From Chiloscyllium plagiosum (Eukaryota), in assembly GCF_004010195.1 (NCBI RefSeq), contig NC_057749.1:23356999-23420998 (forward strand): 64,000 bases of DNA. The letters run 5' to 3'. A program made the position numbers and the translations under genes. Below the pieces are notes generated by a model, which saw only the letters and a list, made by a program, of their open reading frames with translations, was not told where the DNA came from and did no database searches. Shown one piece after another: positions 1 through 12,989 of the stretch. The first letter of the stretch is position 1, and the number at the start of each line of letters is the position of its first letter.

Positions 1-269
1 GGAGCAGGGTTGCAGAAGAGGGTGTAGCACAGTGTGGGGAGCCAGAAGATGAAGAGGGGAGCAGAATTGAAGATGAGGAGCAGAAGCAGAGATGGGAGCA
101 GGAACAGATAGAGGTGTTTCGGAGTGAAAGGTGCTGAATAGAGACAAGTTGAAGAGAGGACCAACTCATAGGAGGCACTGTCTGTAAAACAAGACCACTC
201 TGCAAAGGCTGAGCTTCACAGGAGGTTCAGCTTCTCACTCTCTGTCACTGGACTCAAAATGTTTACTGT

Positions 270-360
270 TTCTCTCTCTACAAGTGCTACCAGACCTGCT
301 GAGTTTCTCCAGCAATTCCTGTTTTTGATTGAGATTTCCAGCATCCACAGCTTTTTGCCG
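270..360 (+). repeat. Penelope terminal-repeat (pLTR family B) fragment
   Basis: tgctaccagacctgctgagtttctccagcaattcctgtttttg motif shared with many copies in the window. Confidence 0.6.
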
Positions 361-559
361 TGTCAGATGTTTGCAGCCTCCGGGAAGCGGCCCAGCTCAT
401 ACCTCACAGTGTTTCGCCCACTAACTACCACCAACACAGTGAAGAGAGACAGAGTGAGCCGGGCAGAGGGTGTTGGAGGGCAGGCTGGGGCACGGGGCGG
501 GCAGAGGGCATTAGGCAGCGAATGGGGTGGGAAGAGTGCAGCTGCGAAAGGAGAGACTG

Positions 560-1820
560 AAAAGGCTAAATCGTGTGGTCACTTGTATAAGGAAGAGAAA
601 GGCCCAGCAGAGATTGGAAAAAGTAACAGGACCAAGAGTGGGGAAAGGATTGGGAATCTAACTTCAGGCACAGCAGATAAGGGGGCAACTATGAGGAGGG
701 GAGCAGTCAACACACGACTGAGGGTGTTGTACTTAAATGGATTCAGTGTATGAAACAAGGTAAATGAGCTTGTAGCGTTGACTGAAATTGGCAAGTAAAA
801 TGCTGTGGGTATCACAGAGACAAGCGGGTCAGGGCTGGGAAGGATATACATCTCATCGAAAGGATAGGCAGAGGGGGTGGGGTTGCCTTGTTCGAAAGAA
901 ATGAAATTAAATCAATAGCAAGACATGATAAAGGGCCGGAAGGCGTAGAATCTGTGTGGGCAGAGTTGAGGAACCGCGAAGGGGTAAAGACTCTGATGGG
1001 AGTTGTGTACAGGGCTCTTTGCAGTAGTCTAGATATGGAGAAGAAAAAATATCAGGAGATAGAAAATGCATGTACTATTACAATAATCATGTGGGAATTC
1101 AATATGCAGCTGGTCTGGGAAAATCAGATTGGTAGCAGATCTCAAGAAAACAATTTTTTTTAGAATGTCTATGAGATTTTATTTTCGGAGCAGCTTGTGG
1201 TATAGCCCACTAAGGAACGGGCAATTTTGGATTTGGTACTGTGTAATGAGGCTGACTTGATTAGGGTGCTTAAGGTGAAGGAATCTCTGGGTTGGGGGGA
1301 AGTGACTGTACTATGATAGAATTCACCCTGCAGTTAGGGAGGGAGGAGCTGGAATCAGATGTATGACAAGTGAGTGAAGGTAACTACAAAGACAGGAGGG
1401 AGGAGCTGGCCAGAGTTGACGGGAAGGGGAGTCTAGCAGGGAAGATGGTGGAGCAGCAATGGCAGGAGTTTTTGGGAGTAATTCGGAAGGCCCAACGGAA
1501 ATTTGTCCCAAGGAAGAAGAAACAGACTAAGGGGAGGATGAGGTAACCACAGCTGACAAAGGGAGTCAGGGACAACGTAAAAACAAAAGAAAAAAACATG
1601 CAATGTGGTGAAAATTAGTCAGAAACCAGAGAATTGGGACGCCTTTAAAAACCAGAGCTGACAAAGGGAGGCAGGGACAATGTAAAAACCAAAATAAAAT
1701 ACAATGGAGTGAAGATGAGTGGGAAACTAAAGGATTGAGAAGACTTTAAAAACCAGCAGAGGACAATTAACAACAAAGGGGGAGAAGATGAGATGTGGAA
1801 GTAAGCTAACTAGTAATATA
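560..1820 (+). mobile_element. CR1 LINE ORF2 N-terminal (APE endonuclease) fragment, decayed
   Basis: LRVLYLN..NKVNEL, ESVWAELRN..TLMGVVYR and IIM.EFN motifs with stops and frameshifts. Confidence 0.85.
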
Positions 1821-2950
1821 GTGTGCCCAGGCACAGGGTGGGCACAGCTGGCATTAAGCTTTGGCAAGGATTAATTGATTTGGAGTGTTTGACATTCCAT
1901 GGAACTGGCCACACTGTTCAAGTCACAGCCATAACACAAAGTCATCCATGTTTTAGGGCAGGCTTGTCAATTCTCTGTGTTTATACAGAAGGCCTTTCAG
2001 TACCCATCTGGTGGAGAAGGCTGCACACTCTGGTATCCCAGCCCTACCCCTCCCATCGGCCTTTGGCTGTTTGTGAAGTGTGAGTCACTGTACGTCGACT
2101 TTTCTCACCAACGCGTGCGTGCCCACCGGGTGTTCCTGTGATGATGTAGGCACAGAAGCGCTTGCTTCACCAAAGAAATTAATGTTCACAACCTCCAGAA
2201 ATTGCTGTCGCAAGTGTGAGGACCTTATTGGAAATAAAAGGTTGTGATGGCATGGGAAGAACATTGAATTTTATCATCGTGAAGATTAGGTGGCAATCAA
2301 GTCAGCAAGATTGATCTTCCTAACACATTGTAAATAGTTATTTTTCTCACTGAAATACCCACCTTGACCAGGCACTCCACTCAGCTCCAACAACTCTTCC
2401 TCTGCTGTTTACAATAATCAATGGTAGCTTCATGCTCATTCTTGCTGAGACTGACTTTCACAAGGTTTCCTTATTAACTGCATTCCATCAGTTACCCTTT
2501 ACCTCCACAGGATTCCTAATGAATCGTTCAGTGAAATGACCTTTTACACCCCATACAGCACGGTTTGACCAGCTGTGAGTGTATTAAATGGTGGGCTTGG
2601 CTCAACACCTGGCCCACCCCCAATCCTGTTTTCCCTAACTTGTCATCCAGTTGTCTGGCATCCTGGATTCTCCTGCACAACTTCTGGATATCTGGAGCAA
2701 GTGGGATTTGCACCTGGTCCTCCTGACTCAGAGGTAGGGATGCTACAGCTGCACCACCAGAGCCCACACAGCTCCGCCTGTATGCTGATGAGCTGGGAGA
2801 TGTGTAAAGGCCCAGCAAAAATTCTCTCCTTTTCTGTACAAGAGAAAGAGCATTGATCAAGGAGAACATTGCTACGCTGGAGAAAGAAGCTGCCTTAGAG
2901 GACAAAAACGAATTTGTTGGAGTTAAGAAACAAATTAAAAGGAGCAATTA

Positions 2951-3157
2951 CAGATGTCCCCCCTATTCACGGGTGAGACGTTCCATGACCTACTGCGGAT
3001 GCCTGAAACTGCTGATAGTAGGGAACCCTATCATTTAAACTTACCTCTCCAGCATCCCTCTGGAATTATTTCTGGAATGTTCCATGGAATATTTTCGGGC
3101 TATGGTAAACTGTGGATAACTGAAACTGCGGAATCTGCAGATACAGGGGTTCTACTG
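2951..3157. mobile_element. Tigger/MER44-like MITE
   Basis: TA on both sides (2949-2950, 3158-3159). Ends CAGATGTCCCCCCTATTC.. and ..GATACAGGGGTTCTACTG. Subterminal GGATGCCTGAAACTGCTGATAGT and GGATAACTGAAACTGCGGA resemble recalled Tigger7/MER44 ends. Confidence 0.75.
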
Positions 3158-3199
3158 TACATTGCTCAGTGTAGTCTACAGACCTTCTTAAAATTGTTT

Positions 3200-4440
3200 A
3201 TTCCCCGACCAGTGGAAGACTTCAGAGGAACAGATTTGCAAGTAAATTACAGGGATAGGGTAGTTGTAGTGGGAAACTTTAATTCTCTGAATATAGACTG
3301 CAATGTGGTCGTTAAAATGGTAGTGAGAGAGGAGACTCTCTCACAGTGAGTTCAGGAGAATGTTCAACAGCCGTATGCTCCAATCCAAGAACAAATATGT
3401 GTCAGTGCTGTGCCTTTAAGGGGGATGTGTCTGTACTGTTCCTTTTGCAGCGGGGTATTGCCACAGTGGTATCAGAATGTCTGCTTCAGACAGGGAGCTG
3501 GTGAACAGCTTGGAGTTATCTCTGTGTGTTTTTTTTTTACAAACGATACAGAAGAATCATGAGTGGGCAGGGTCAGGGTTCACACAGACCCAGGAAGGAT
3601 TTTAGTTTGGCTTTCAGTTCGTCAGAAGGTTTCTGTTCCTGCGGAGCTAACAGCTGGCTGCTAGAGTGAAGTCTTTTAAGAGAGGCTTCCTCTTAAAAAT
3701 CAAAAGGGGGCAGATTGTTTCTTTCTTCTGGACTGGAGAGAGACAGCACATGAGAATCATAACTGTGTGGCTGAATTGCATTTTTCCCAAAGGATGTTTA
3801 TGGGATGCCGCCTATATTAGAACAATCGATGATTAGTAGTTAAATAATACATTATATTGTTAGATATTTAAATTGAGTAAAGTTATGCCAATTCTTTTAT
3901 TTTGTATTTTAACTGTGCTATAAGAATAAAGTGTATTTTGATTAAAGTGTAGTGATGGACCAGTTGAACCACATTGGGAACACAGCGCCTTAAACTTACC
4001 TTTAAATAAAAATAAAGATTAGGATTCAAGGTGTGGCTTCACAATACGTTTGGTGCCTGTGGGGGTGGGGTGGGAGGGGGGTGTTTAGGGGGAAGTTGGG
4101 AGGGTCTTAGTTCAGTTCTGGACCATTACAGAAGACATTGCTCAACCTGGTTATTGAGAATGAAGTCAGCTAAGTAGACCAAAAAAGTTGACGGGGGACC
4201 ATTTAAGTGATAGTGACCATTATAAAGTTCAGATTGGCTATGGAAAAAAGACAATCCAGGAATGCAAACCAAGGAAAAGCCAATGTCAATGGCACAAGAA
4301 TCAATCTGGGCAAAGTGTTTTGAAGTCAAAATGGCCGAATATTGGGCCACCTTCGAAAAATCCTCCGAAAAGGAGGGAAAAAATAGCAGGTCTCTCTGGA
4401 TGACAAAACATAGGAATAATACAGAAGAAAAAGGCTTGTT
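3200..4440 (+). mobile_element. Old CR1 endonuclease-region fragment split by an LTR
   Basis: RVVVVGNFN..NID before the LTR and GDHLSDSDH after it. Confidence 0.65.
3398..4130 (+). mobile_element. Solo LTR (Gypsy-type)
   Basis: TGT..ACA termini and internal AATAAA. Start (tgtgtcagtgctgtgcctttaag) and end (ctggaccattaca) are homologous to the LTR at 61751-62337. Confidence 0.7.
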
Positions 4441-5004
4441 CATGAACAGCATTCCCTCTAGTTCTTTCTACTGCATCGACCTTCGAAGTCAGTGAGCATC
4501 AGTGATTTCAGAACCAGAGGTCATAAGACAAGCCTTTCATCTCTGGAATTAATCTGTGAACTCCCTCCAAAACAATTGTATCCTTCCTCAAGTAAGGGGA
4601 CCAAAACTGTACGCAGCACTCTACATGCTGTGCAATTACAACACCATTTCCCTGCTTTTATACTCCATTCCTTTAACAAGAAATGTTAAAATTCCATTTG
4701 CATCCAACAGAAAATATAAAAATGTAATACCTGAGGGACACTGTTCCAGAACGTTTTCTGTTCCTAAGGGATAGAGTTCCCATCTATTATCAGTGAATGT
4801 TCTCCTTCTGCAGCTACACACACCACACTGCCGAAAGTTAGCAGATAAAAATTAAAGGAAGTGTCACATGACATGCAAAGGTCGGAAACTCTCTGATGAA
4901 AGAGAAGCGAAGAGAAAAAAACAAACTCCATTACAAGCATAAAGACTTCAGGGATATGAAATTAAAACTCAATGACTCCAAAACATTAAGAAAATATTAA
5001 ACAT

Positions 5005-5085
5005 ACATTCTGAAGAAGGGTCACTGATTTCTCTCTGCAGATGCTGCTAGACCGGCTGAGACTTTCCAGCAATTTCTGTTTTCGT
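5005..5085 (+). repeat. pLTR family B fragment with deleted hammerhead
   Basis: ctgaagaagggtcactg joined directly to the agatgctgctagacc.. tail. Confidence 0.6.
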
Positions 5086-5149
5086 TAAACTAGTAAGTGC
5101 TTTTTCTTTCTACAACTACACTTACACACACAGGGCTTAATGGTATTGG

Positions 5150-5610
5150 AGATTTCAGAGTATTCAAGAAGACTTGTAGCTCAGGTTGTGAATGAAGTTG
5201 TTGACTTGCTCCCTGAGCTGGTAAGTTTGTTCACAGATGATTTGTCATCATGCTAGGTAATATCATCAGTGTACCTCCGGTGAAGCGTTGGTGTTCTGTC
5301 CCACTTGCTACTTGTGTGTCTGGGTCTGCTGGGGTGGGTGGTGCCGTTCCTTGTTTTATTATTGGTTCTGTTTCTTACTGGTTGGCATATGGGGTCCAAC
5401 TGCACATGTTTGTTAATGAAGTTCAGGTTGAGTGCCAGGCTTCCAGGAACTCCCGTGCATGTCTCTGTTTGCCTTGTCCTGGAATGATCCAAATCGAATT
5501 GGTGCCCTTGTTTGTCCATGTGCATGGATACAAGTGATAGTTGGTCTTGTCTCTTGGTGGCTAGTTGTTGTTTGTGTACCCTGGTGCCCAATTTCCTTCC
5601 TGTTTGCCCT
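5150..5610 (-). mobile_element. Penelope-like element (Poseidon-type) 3' fragment: GIY-YIG C-terminus and pLTR family D
   Basis: GQTGRKLGTRVHKQQLATKRQDQLSLVSMHMDKQGHQFD..FINKHVQLDPI is typical of a PLE endonuclease tail. The pLTR is homologous to 45120-45260. Confidence 0.8.
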
Positions 5611-6544
5611 GTGTGGACTTTTGACAGTCATTACATGGTACTGAAGAGTTCCTGTTAATATTTTTTGCAAGTTAAGCCAATAATAAGTGTTATTTTAGAA
5701 TGATTTAATGCAAAACTAACTAATTATCATCATTACAAACATCTGGGACTGGCAAAATAATCCTTAACAGCAGTGCCTCAGAATCAAGGGTGATGTCTGT
5801 CATAGAGGCATACAGCATTGAAGCAGAAACTTCAGTCCGTACTGACCACGTTCCCAACTAACCTAATTCCCTAATGGAATTTTCAATGTTGGCATTCATC
5901 TCCTCTCTCTGCCACCAACGCGATGAAGTCATTCCACCTCAAAATGGCTTATGGGTTCATGATCACAGCTACCTCATGTAGGCAGTCGACAAATTGTCGC
6001 AATTTTCTGATAGTTATTTGAGTTTGTTATGAAGGGGCAGTTTAGATAGGATATCTCAGTTAATTAGATAAAGAGAATGTGTGACCATGAGAGATGACAT
6101 TATTTCAACGATCCTGTAGCTATCCTGTAGAACAGAGAAGGAGAGGTGGTGGTTTCGGCATGGGGGAGTGTTTGTCTCTAACATTGTGCAGTCTTCAGTA
6201 ACAGTCTTTGATGATGACAGTTTTTGTCCTTCCCTTGGGCTAGCGTAGAGGAATTCCTGATCTTCTCCCAAAAAGGTGTTTGGCTTGTTTCCCAGGATCC
6301 CCTCTGTCCCTTTTTCCCCACCCTCCCCTGTTGATAAACCTTACTTTAGGAGCTGACAAAGTATCAACCACTTGTCTAAGCCCTCTTGGCCAATGACCAT
6401 GGGCAGCTCCTCTGATACCAGGATGACAACTGTCCCCTTGCCCACCTCCATTTGAAGGTTAATCGTCATTCTTTCTAAGAACAAAACCTCCTTATTTTCC
6501 CAAACATGGCACTCATACCAGGGCAGGGTGACCTTATTATGACC

Positions 6545-6635
6545 CAAGTTAAAAATCACATGACATCAGGTTATAATCCAACAGGTTTATTTAGAAGCAC
6601 AAGCTTTCACAGCGCTGCTCCTTCACCAGGTAGCT
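6545..6635 (-). repeat. pLTR family C fragment
   Basis: aaaaatcacatgacatcaggttataatccaacaggtttat..agcgctgctccttcaccagg; the same element occurs at 23160, 40730 and 58075. Confidence 0.7.
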
Positions 6636-6699
6636 AGGTAGGCTTATTACAGCCCAAAAGATTTTTTTTTGATGAAGGTGAGTTATTATAACCCGGTGA

Positions 6700-6980
6700 A
6701 ATAAGGAATCAGGCCACACAGGGAATACCAACCTGGAATATGAAGAGAGATCAGCTTTCAATCTCCAACACTTGACCTTGATGGATGGATCTGGCGATAC
6801 CTTGCCACAATGGTCAGCAGCTTTCTCCTTCCAGTCAGTGGTGTCAATACTTCTGTGCTTTGGGGAAATATTGAGTGTATTCTTAAACCTTTTCATTTGG
6901 CTATCCTTTGAGCTTTGGCCCATGGGGAGCTGGGAGAAGACAGGGAGACAGTTTGAAGGCAATGGACCATCCATCAGAGT
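6700..6980 (-). mobile_element. RTE-clade LINE 3' fragment, decayed
   Basis: QMKRFKNTLN..IDTTDWKEKAAD motif of the RTE C-terminus. Confidence 0.6.
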
Positions 6981-7099
6981 TGGATCTTCAGGAACAAGGC
7001 TGTGACGCTGTAGAAGCAGCTTCACAGAGGATTCTAATATCACTCTCACTTGCTCCCCAGGATTTCAAAAAGGTACCTCTTCCAGTGTTTGACTTAAAC

Positions 7100-7910
7100 A
7101 GCAGCTGAGCTTCAGGCGTTTCATTGAGCAGTATCTTGGGCCCAACCATCCTCAACTTCAGCAATTACCTTCCCTCCACCATAAGGACAGAAGCAGGCTG
7201 TGTAAACGTGGAGCAAGACTTGGACAGCCTTCAGATTTGATCTGGTAAGTGGCAAGTAACATGTTTTGCAACACAGTTTTTGCAACACAAGTGCCAGGTG
7301 ATGACCATCTCCAACAACGAGAGAAAATCTAAGCATCTCTCCCTGATATTTAATGGTATTTCTATCACAGAATCCCCCACTATCAACATCCTGGGGTTTG
7401 CCATTGTCCAGAAACCTAACTCGATCTACTACATAAACAAGCTACTCAGTCCCTGACTCCCTGAAGCCTGTCTACCACCTACAAGGCACCAATTCAGGAT
7501 GTGATGGAATCTTCTCTACTTGCCTGAATGTGTATGATTGCAACAATACTAAAGAAATTCAACCCAATCCAGGATAAACATGTTTAATTGGCCAGCCATT
7601 CACGTCGACAAGATGTGCTGTAGCAATTCATCTGGGGTTTCTTCCACAGCATCTTCAATACCAGTCACCTTAACCGCATAATACCACCATTTGCAAATTC
7701 CCCCCCCCAAGCTACACAGCATCCCGAGTTAGAACTGAATCATCATTCCTTCATAATCGAAGTCCTGCAACTTCTTTCCGAACAGCACTGTAGGTATACC
7801 GACAGCAGTACATGAACTGTAGCTGTTCAAGACAATGACCCGCTAGTGCCATCTCAGGAGTAATTAGGAATTGATGGTTCCTTGCTCACATTCCATAACG
7901 GAATAAATAA
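7100..7910 (+). mobile_element. Ancient CR1-clade LINE 3' end (family 2)
   Basis: QDLDSLQI.SGKWQV..KCQVMTISN..FNGISITESPTINILG RT C-terminal motifs and a 3' UTR shared with other copies. Confidence 0.7.
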
Positions 7911-7994
7911 TAGGATCGTTTTTACTAGTTAAACAGACAAAATCTGTGACTCACTGAGCAACAACAAAAATGTAATATTTTGTAGCACCCCTAA

Positions 7995-8240
7995 GGTCAC
8001 AGAATCCTGACAGTGTGGAAGCAGGCCATTGAGTCCATCAGCCAATTCTCTGAAGAGCATCCTACCCAAACACACCTCAGCACTGTCACCTAACCTTTGG
8101 ACTGTGGGAGGAAACTGGAGCACCCAGAGGAAACCCACGCAGACGCGAGGAGAATGTCCACAGAGATAGCCCCCCGAGCGTGGAATCGAACCCAGATCCC
8201 TGGCGTTATGAGGCTGCAGTGCTAACCGCTGAGCCACCCA
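7995..8240 (-). mobile_element. HE1-type V-SINE (internally deleted)
   Basis: tRNA-like head (tggctcagcggttagc..ggttcgattcc) plus V-core and CR1-like tail. Confidence 0.85.
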
Positions 8241-8309
8241 TAATTGTTATGGTTGGGTCCAGGAGTGTGGGGTCGTGATTGTTGGCAAACATTATCTTTT
8301 ATTTAAGCT

Positions 8310-8560
8310 TGTATGATTTTGCGGGATGTGGGTATCGCTGTTTAGACCAGCATTTAATTGCCCAGAGGGCTGTTAAGATTCAACCAAATTGTTGTGGGTC
8401 TGGAGTCATGTGTAGGCCAGACCAGGTAAGGACGGCAGATTTCCTTCCAGAACGGGGATTTATTAACGAGATGGTGTTTTTCTTGACAGTCAACAATTAC
8501 CTGGTCATCATTAGATTCTTAATTTCAGATACTTATAGAATTTCAATTCCACCACCTATG
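8310..8560 (-). mobile_element. tRNA-derived SINE family 2 fragment
   Basis: gtgggtctggagtcatgtgtaggccagaccaggtaaggacggcagatttccttcc is shared with 27608, 44440 and 47190. Confidence 0.7.
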
Positions 8561-8714
8561 GTTGCCTGGTTCTATAACACAGCTGTAGGTGATAGCCGCA
8601 GGTGAACAGCTAACAGGAGAGAAGATCAGCTGGCATGGAAAGGAGTCATAAATAGGGAAAGGTGTGGAGACATCATTAACAGGTCTGAACCAAGCCGAAC
8701 TGTTAGTGAATTGA

Positions 8715-9035
8715 CACTGCAGATTCACGATCTATTAGATCACAGTTGGACAGAAACCCCACTGTCCTGTGGCCGAACACTTCAACTCCCCCTCCCACTC
8801 TGCCAAGGAAACGCAGGTCCTGGGCCTCCTCCATCGCCACTCCCTTACCACCCGTCACCTCAGGACCCTCCAACCCCAGGGCATCATTGTGGACTTCACC
8901 AGTTTCCTCATTTCCCCTCTCCCCACCTTACCCCAGTTCCAACCTTCCAGCTCAGCACGATGCTGCCTGACCTGCTGTGTTTTTCCAGCATCACACTCTC
9001 GACTCTAACCGCCAGCATCTGCAGTCCTCACTTAC
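8715..9035 (+). mobile_element. Penelope (Neptune-type) 3' fragment with pLTR family A
   Basis: PVAEHFNSPSHSAKETQVLGLLH.. GIY-YIG tail followed by gatgctgcctgacctgctgtg. Confidence 0.8.
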
Positions 9036-9469
9036 ACCCAGCTACAACCCCTGTTAAGGAGCAGCCCTGTTGAATTCTGTGCCCAGTAGAAGGTTGCTCA
9101 AACGATGTCCGAGTCAGTGAAAGGATTGATGGGGAAACAACTCCATGTGATAAAGCAATTAAAGGATTTGAAGCCAACTTCAGTGTCAGGATAAATAACA
9201 TTCACGTTGAGTGGGCGAAGTTTAATAACCACAGACAGGGACTGGGAGAGAGCGTCGATGCACATGTTCACCGTTTATAGCAGTTGGTGGAACATTGTGA
9301 AAATTCAAATCAAAGGGAACAGTTAATCCGAGGTCAAGTCATGATGGATGTCTTAGATGAAATATTATCTGAGTGTTTTACAGTCAAGAGATGGCTTGAC
9401 ATTATCAAAGGTCATGCTAATCTACTCTGTATCATTCCAATTTTAGTATATATGCTGCCAAAGCGAAGC

Positions 9470-9602
9470 CATTCCTGATGAAGGGCTTATGCCCAAAACA
9501 ACAACTCTCCTGCTTCTCGGATGCTGCCTGACCTGCTGTGCTTTTCCAGCATCACACTCTCAGCTCTGATCTCCAGCATCTTGCAGTCCTTGCTTTCTCC
9601 CC
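9470..9602 (+). repeat. pLTR family A mini-insertion with decayed hammerhead
   Basis: cctgatgaagggcttatgcccaaaac followed by the family A tail. Confidence 0.75.
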
Positions 9603-9619
9603 ATTATAAAAGGTCATTC

Positions 9620-9880
9620 AGTTAACCAGGCAAGTGGAGGCTAGAACTCAGATCCAATTCAAGGATTGTTAGTGGCTCTTAAACATTTTTATATTTATGT
9701 CCATTATGATTACAACAAAGCTATCAACAGGCGCTGATCATAATCCCTTGGCCTTTAAAGAGAAACTCAAGATTTGAGATTATTTTGATAGAGCTTGTCA
9801 ATTCAACTTAATAATATAAGCACTATTCATATCACAGGAAAGAATAAGTAATGGTAGACACTTTATCAAGAAAGCAATGA
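9620..9880 (+). pseudogene. Gypsy pol RNase H relic
   Basis: Decayed LLVALKHF.IYV, DHNPLAF and HITGKN..VDTLSR motifs across frames. Confidence 0.65.
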
Positions 9881-10152
9881 TGCTGGAAAATGTTGAACAT
9901 TTGAAAAGGCAAGGGGACTAGAAGTTGTACAAATCCTGCATAAAGAATGAGCGAGGGTGAATTAATATAACTTGTTTTGTGTTTTATTGCACACACATAT
10001 TTACCTTTGAACATAGAACATTCCGGAGCAGTACAGGCCCTTCAGCCCTCGATGTTGCGCTGACCTGTGGAATCAATTTGAAGCCCATCTATCCTACACT
10101 ATTCCTTGTCGTGAAATCCATTCAAAAAGTATAACTTCACCTCTTTCAAGGG

Positions 10153-11040
10153 TGTAAGGAGTACATATGTTTTATTTGGAGGCATATCCTGGCAAATGGA
10201 TGTTTGGACAGATGTATGGCAGCGCAAGAATCAGTTGATAATGACTTAGAGAAAAAGTGGTACTTTGTGCTGCACAGGAACAGTACCTCTGCAGCTTTTA
10301 GATAAAGCTGGATTTAATACTTCTGTAAGAATAGCTGGCACTGGGCACTCTTGTATTGGGAATAAAAATAAATTGTCTAGCAACAGTTTTTCGATTGGTT
10401 TTCAGGAGCAGTTTATCATAGAACTGAGAGGAGAAAGACCAATTGGGCTCACAGACCATCAACAGCTTGCAAGGAAATCAAATCACTTTCTCTACCGGAG
10501 TGAGTGCAAACAAAATAAAACTCAAAGACTTTGCCAAGAGAAAAAAAAGAACTTCTAAATTAAGCCAAGTCCTAGGTTCAACTGAGCAGCCAATAAATTG
10601 AGCATTATCAAAACTGACGTGATATATTCATCAAACTCATTTCTCCTCATAGTCTAGTCTTTTGGTCCACAGACCTTGTTGTGATTTCGCTTTTCTTTTA
10701 CCCACGATATTTCTGAAGAACTGATTGTTTTATCTGTCTGTCATATTTGCGAATAAGTGCATGTGTGTGTGTGTATTTAAAGGAGTTAAAGTTTAAGTTT
10801 GCACATTAATAATTAATAAACAATTTTTCTACATTTTGAAATTATGGTTGATATAATACGGATTTTTTTCTTCTCTTATTCAGTGATGAAACCGGGTGCG
10901 AGTTTCTTTTATCTTCGACAAAGGTTGAAAGTCAGGTATTAACCATCCTAGTGATTAAAATGGTCATATTGCACTTTTGAGATGACTTATGGAACAGTGA
11001 GTCTTGAAATCCAGTGCACTCTTCCCAACAGAATCACAGC
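10153..11040 (+). mobile_element. Probable 3' LTR of the Gypsy relic
   Basis: Starts TGTAAGG after a short purine run (caaggg), has internal AATAAA and ends near ..gaatcaca. It lies just downstream of the RNase H relic. Confidence 0.5.
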
Positions 11041-11519
11041 AAAGTGTTTGCACAATCCTATTCTGAAGCAAAGAAGACATCTCACAGTAATAGATGACCT
11101 GCTTATTTGTGATGAGAGATTGGTCTCACATTGGGTCTTCAGACCTGATATACTTTAATAGTTGCACTAGCATCATTTGGGTATTGTGAAAGGCAGCAGC
11201 AGAATATAAAATTTCGTTTGGTGGTCAGGACTGTCAAAATAATTAGAATGGATGGCTTCTAATTGTATCACACGTACTGTCTAGGAGCAAAGAGAGCAAT
11301 GACTGACATCTTCGATTCTGCCCAGAGAATGGAAAAGTCAAAGAATGTGTCTTCTGGAACTCAGAGTGAAAACATTAAAGGATTGTAATTGCTGGGCATA
11401 TCCTTCAACACTTTTCTGAACAAAAGCAATTTTCTACTTCCTTAGCATTGCCCCATGTTGTAGGAAGAATGTAAGATTACCACTAAGGATAAGAATTTAA
11501 AAATTTTTGGTGTTGCTTA

Positions 11520-12915
11520 TCATAGAACATAGAACATTACAGCGCAGTACAGGCCCTTCAGTCCTTGATGTTGCGCCGATCTGTGAAAATAATCTGATGC
11601 CTATCTAACCTACACCGTTCCATTATTATCCATATATATGTCCAATGCCCATTTAAATGACCTTAACGTCGACGAGTCTACTACTGTTGCAGGCAGGCCA
11701 TTCCATGCCCATACTACTCTCTGAGTCAACAAACTACCCCTGACATCTGTCCTAAATCTATCACCCCTCAATTTAAAGCTATGTCCCCTCATGCTAGCCA
11801 TCACCATCTGAGGAAAAAGGCTCTCACTGTCCACCCTGTCTAACACTCTGATTATCTTATACATCTTGATTAAGTCACCTCTCAACCTTCTTCACTCCAA
11901 TGAAAACAGCCTCAGTTCACTCAGCCTTTCCTTGTAAGACCTTCCTTCCATTCCGGGCAACATCCTAGAAAATCTCCTCTGAAGCCTTTCCAAAGCTTCC
12001 ACATCCTTCCTGTAATGCAGTGACCAGAACTGCGGCCTTACCATTGTCTTGTACAACTGAAGCATGACCTTGGGTCTCCGAAACTCAATCCCCCTACCAA
12101 TAAACGGCAACACACCATATGCTTTCTTAACAACCCCATCAACTTGGGTGGCAACTTTCAGGGATTTATGCACCTGGACACCGAGATCTCTCTGTTCATC
12201 TACACTGCATAGAATTTTACCATTAGCCTAATACTCTGCATTCCTGTGAACTATCTCGCACCTTTCTGCATTAAACTCCATTTGCCACTTATCAGCCCAG
12301 CTCTGCATCTTATCTATGTCCCTCTGTAACCCACACATCCTTCAGCACTATCCACAGCTCTGCCTGCTTAGTGTCACTTGCAAATTTACTAACCCATCCT
12401 TCTACGCCCACATCCAGATCATTTACAAAAATGACAAGCAGCAGTGGCCCCAACACAAATCCTTGTGGCACACCATTGGTAACTGAGCTCCAGGATGTAC
12501 ATTTCCCATCAACCACCACTCTCTGTCTTCTTTCAGCTAGTCAATTCCTGATCCAAACCACCAAATCACCTTAATCCCGAAACTCTGTATTTTGTGCAAT
12601 AGCCTACCGTGTGGAACCTTATCAAACGCCTTACTGAAATCCATGTACACCATATCAACTACTTTACCTTCATCCACCTGTTTTGTCACCTGTCAAAGAA
12701 CTCAATAAGGTTAGTCAGACACGACCTACCCTTCACAAAACCATGTTGACTATCCCTAATCAAATTAATCCTTTCCAGATAATTATAAATCTTATCTCTT
12801 ATAACCTTTTCCAACACCTTGCCCACAACCAAAGTAAGGCTCACTGGCCTATAATTACCAGGTTTGTCCCGACTCCCCTTCTTAAACAAGGGAATAATAT
12901 TTTGCTATCCTCCAG
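11520..12915 (-). mobile_element. CR1 (HER1-like) LINE, 5'-truncated, RT to 3' tail
   Basis: FKKGSRDKPGNYRPVSLT, SQHGFVKGRSCLTNL, GVPQGFVLGPLL and RGDLIKMYKI motifs, with a (GTTCTAT)n tail. Confidence 0.95.
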
Positions 12916-12989
12916 CCTTCAAGTCAGGTCAGTGAGCACTCGGGTAATGGATGAACAAGATATTTTCGGGCAGTAGAGTCATAGATTTT

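Noticed and set aside
1..130. Purine-rich stretch as a coding or regulatory feature
   Set aside because: Low-complexity GA-rich sequence truncated by the window edge, with no supportable call.
259..753. 164-aa ORF
   Set aside because: A chimeric frame crossing a pLTR fragment and the start of a CR1 relic.
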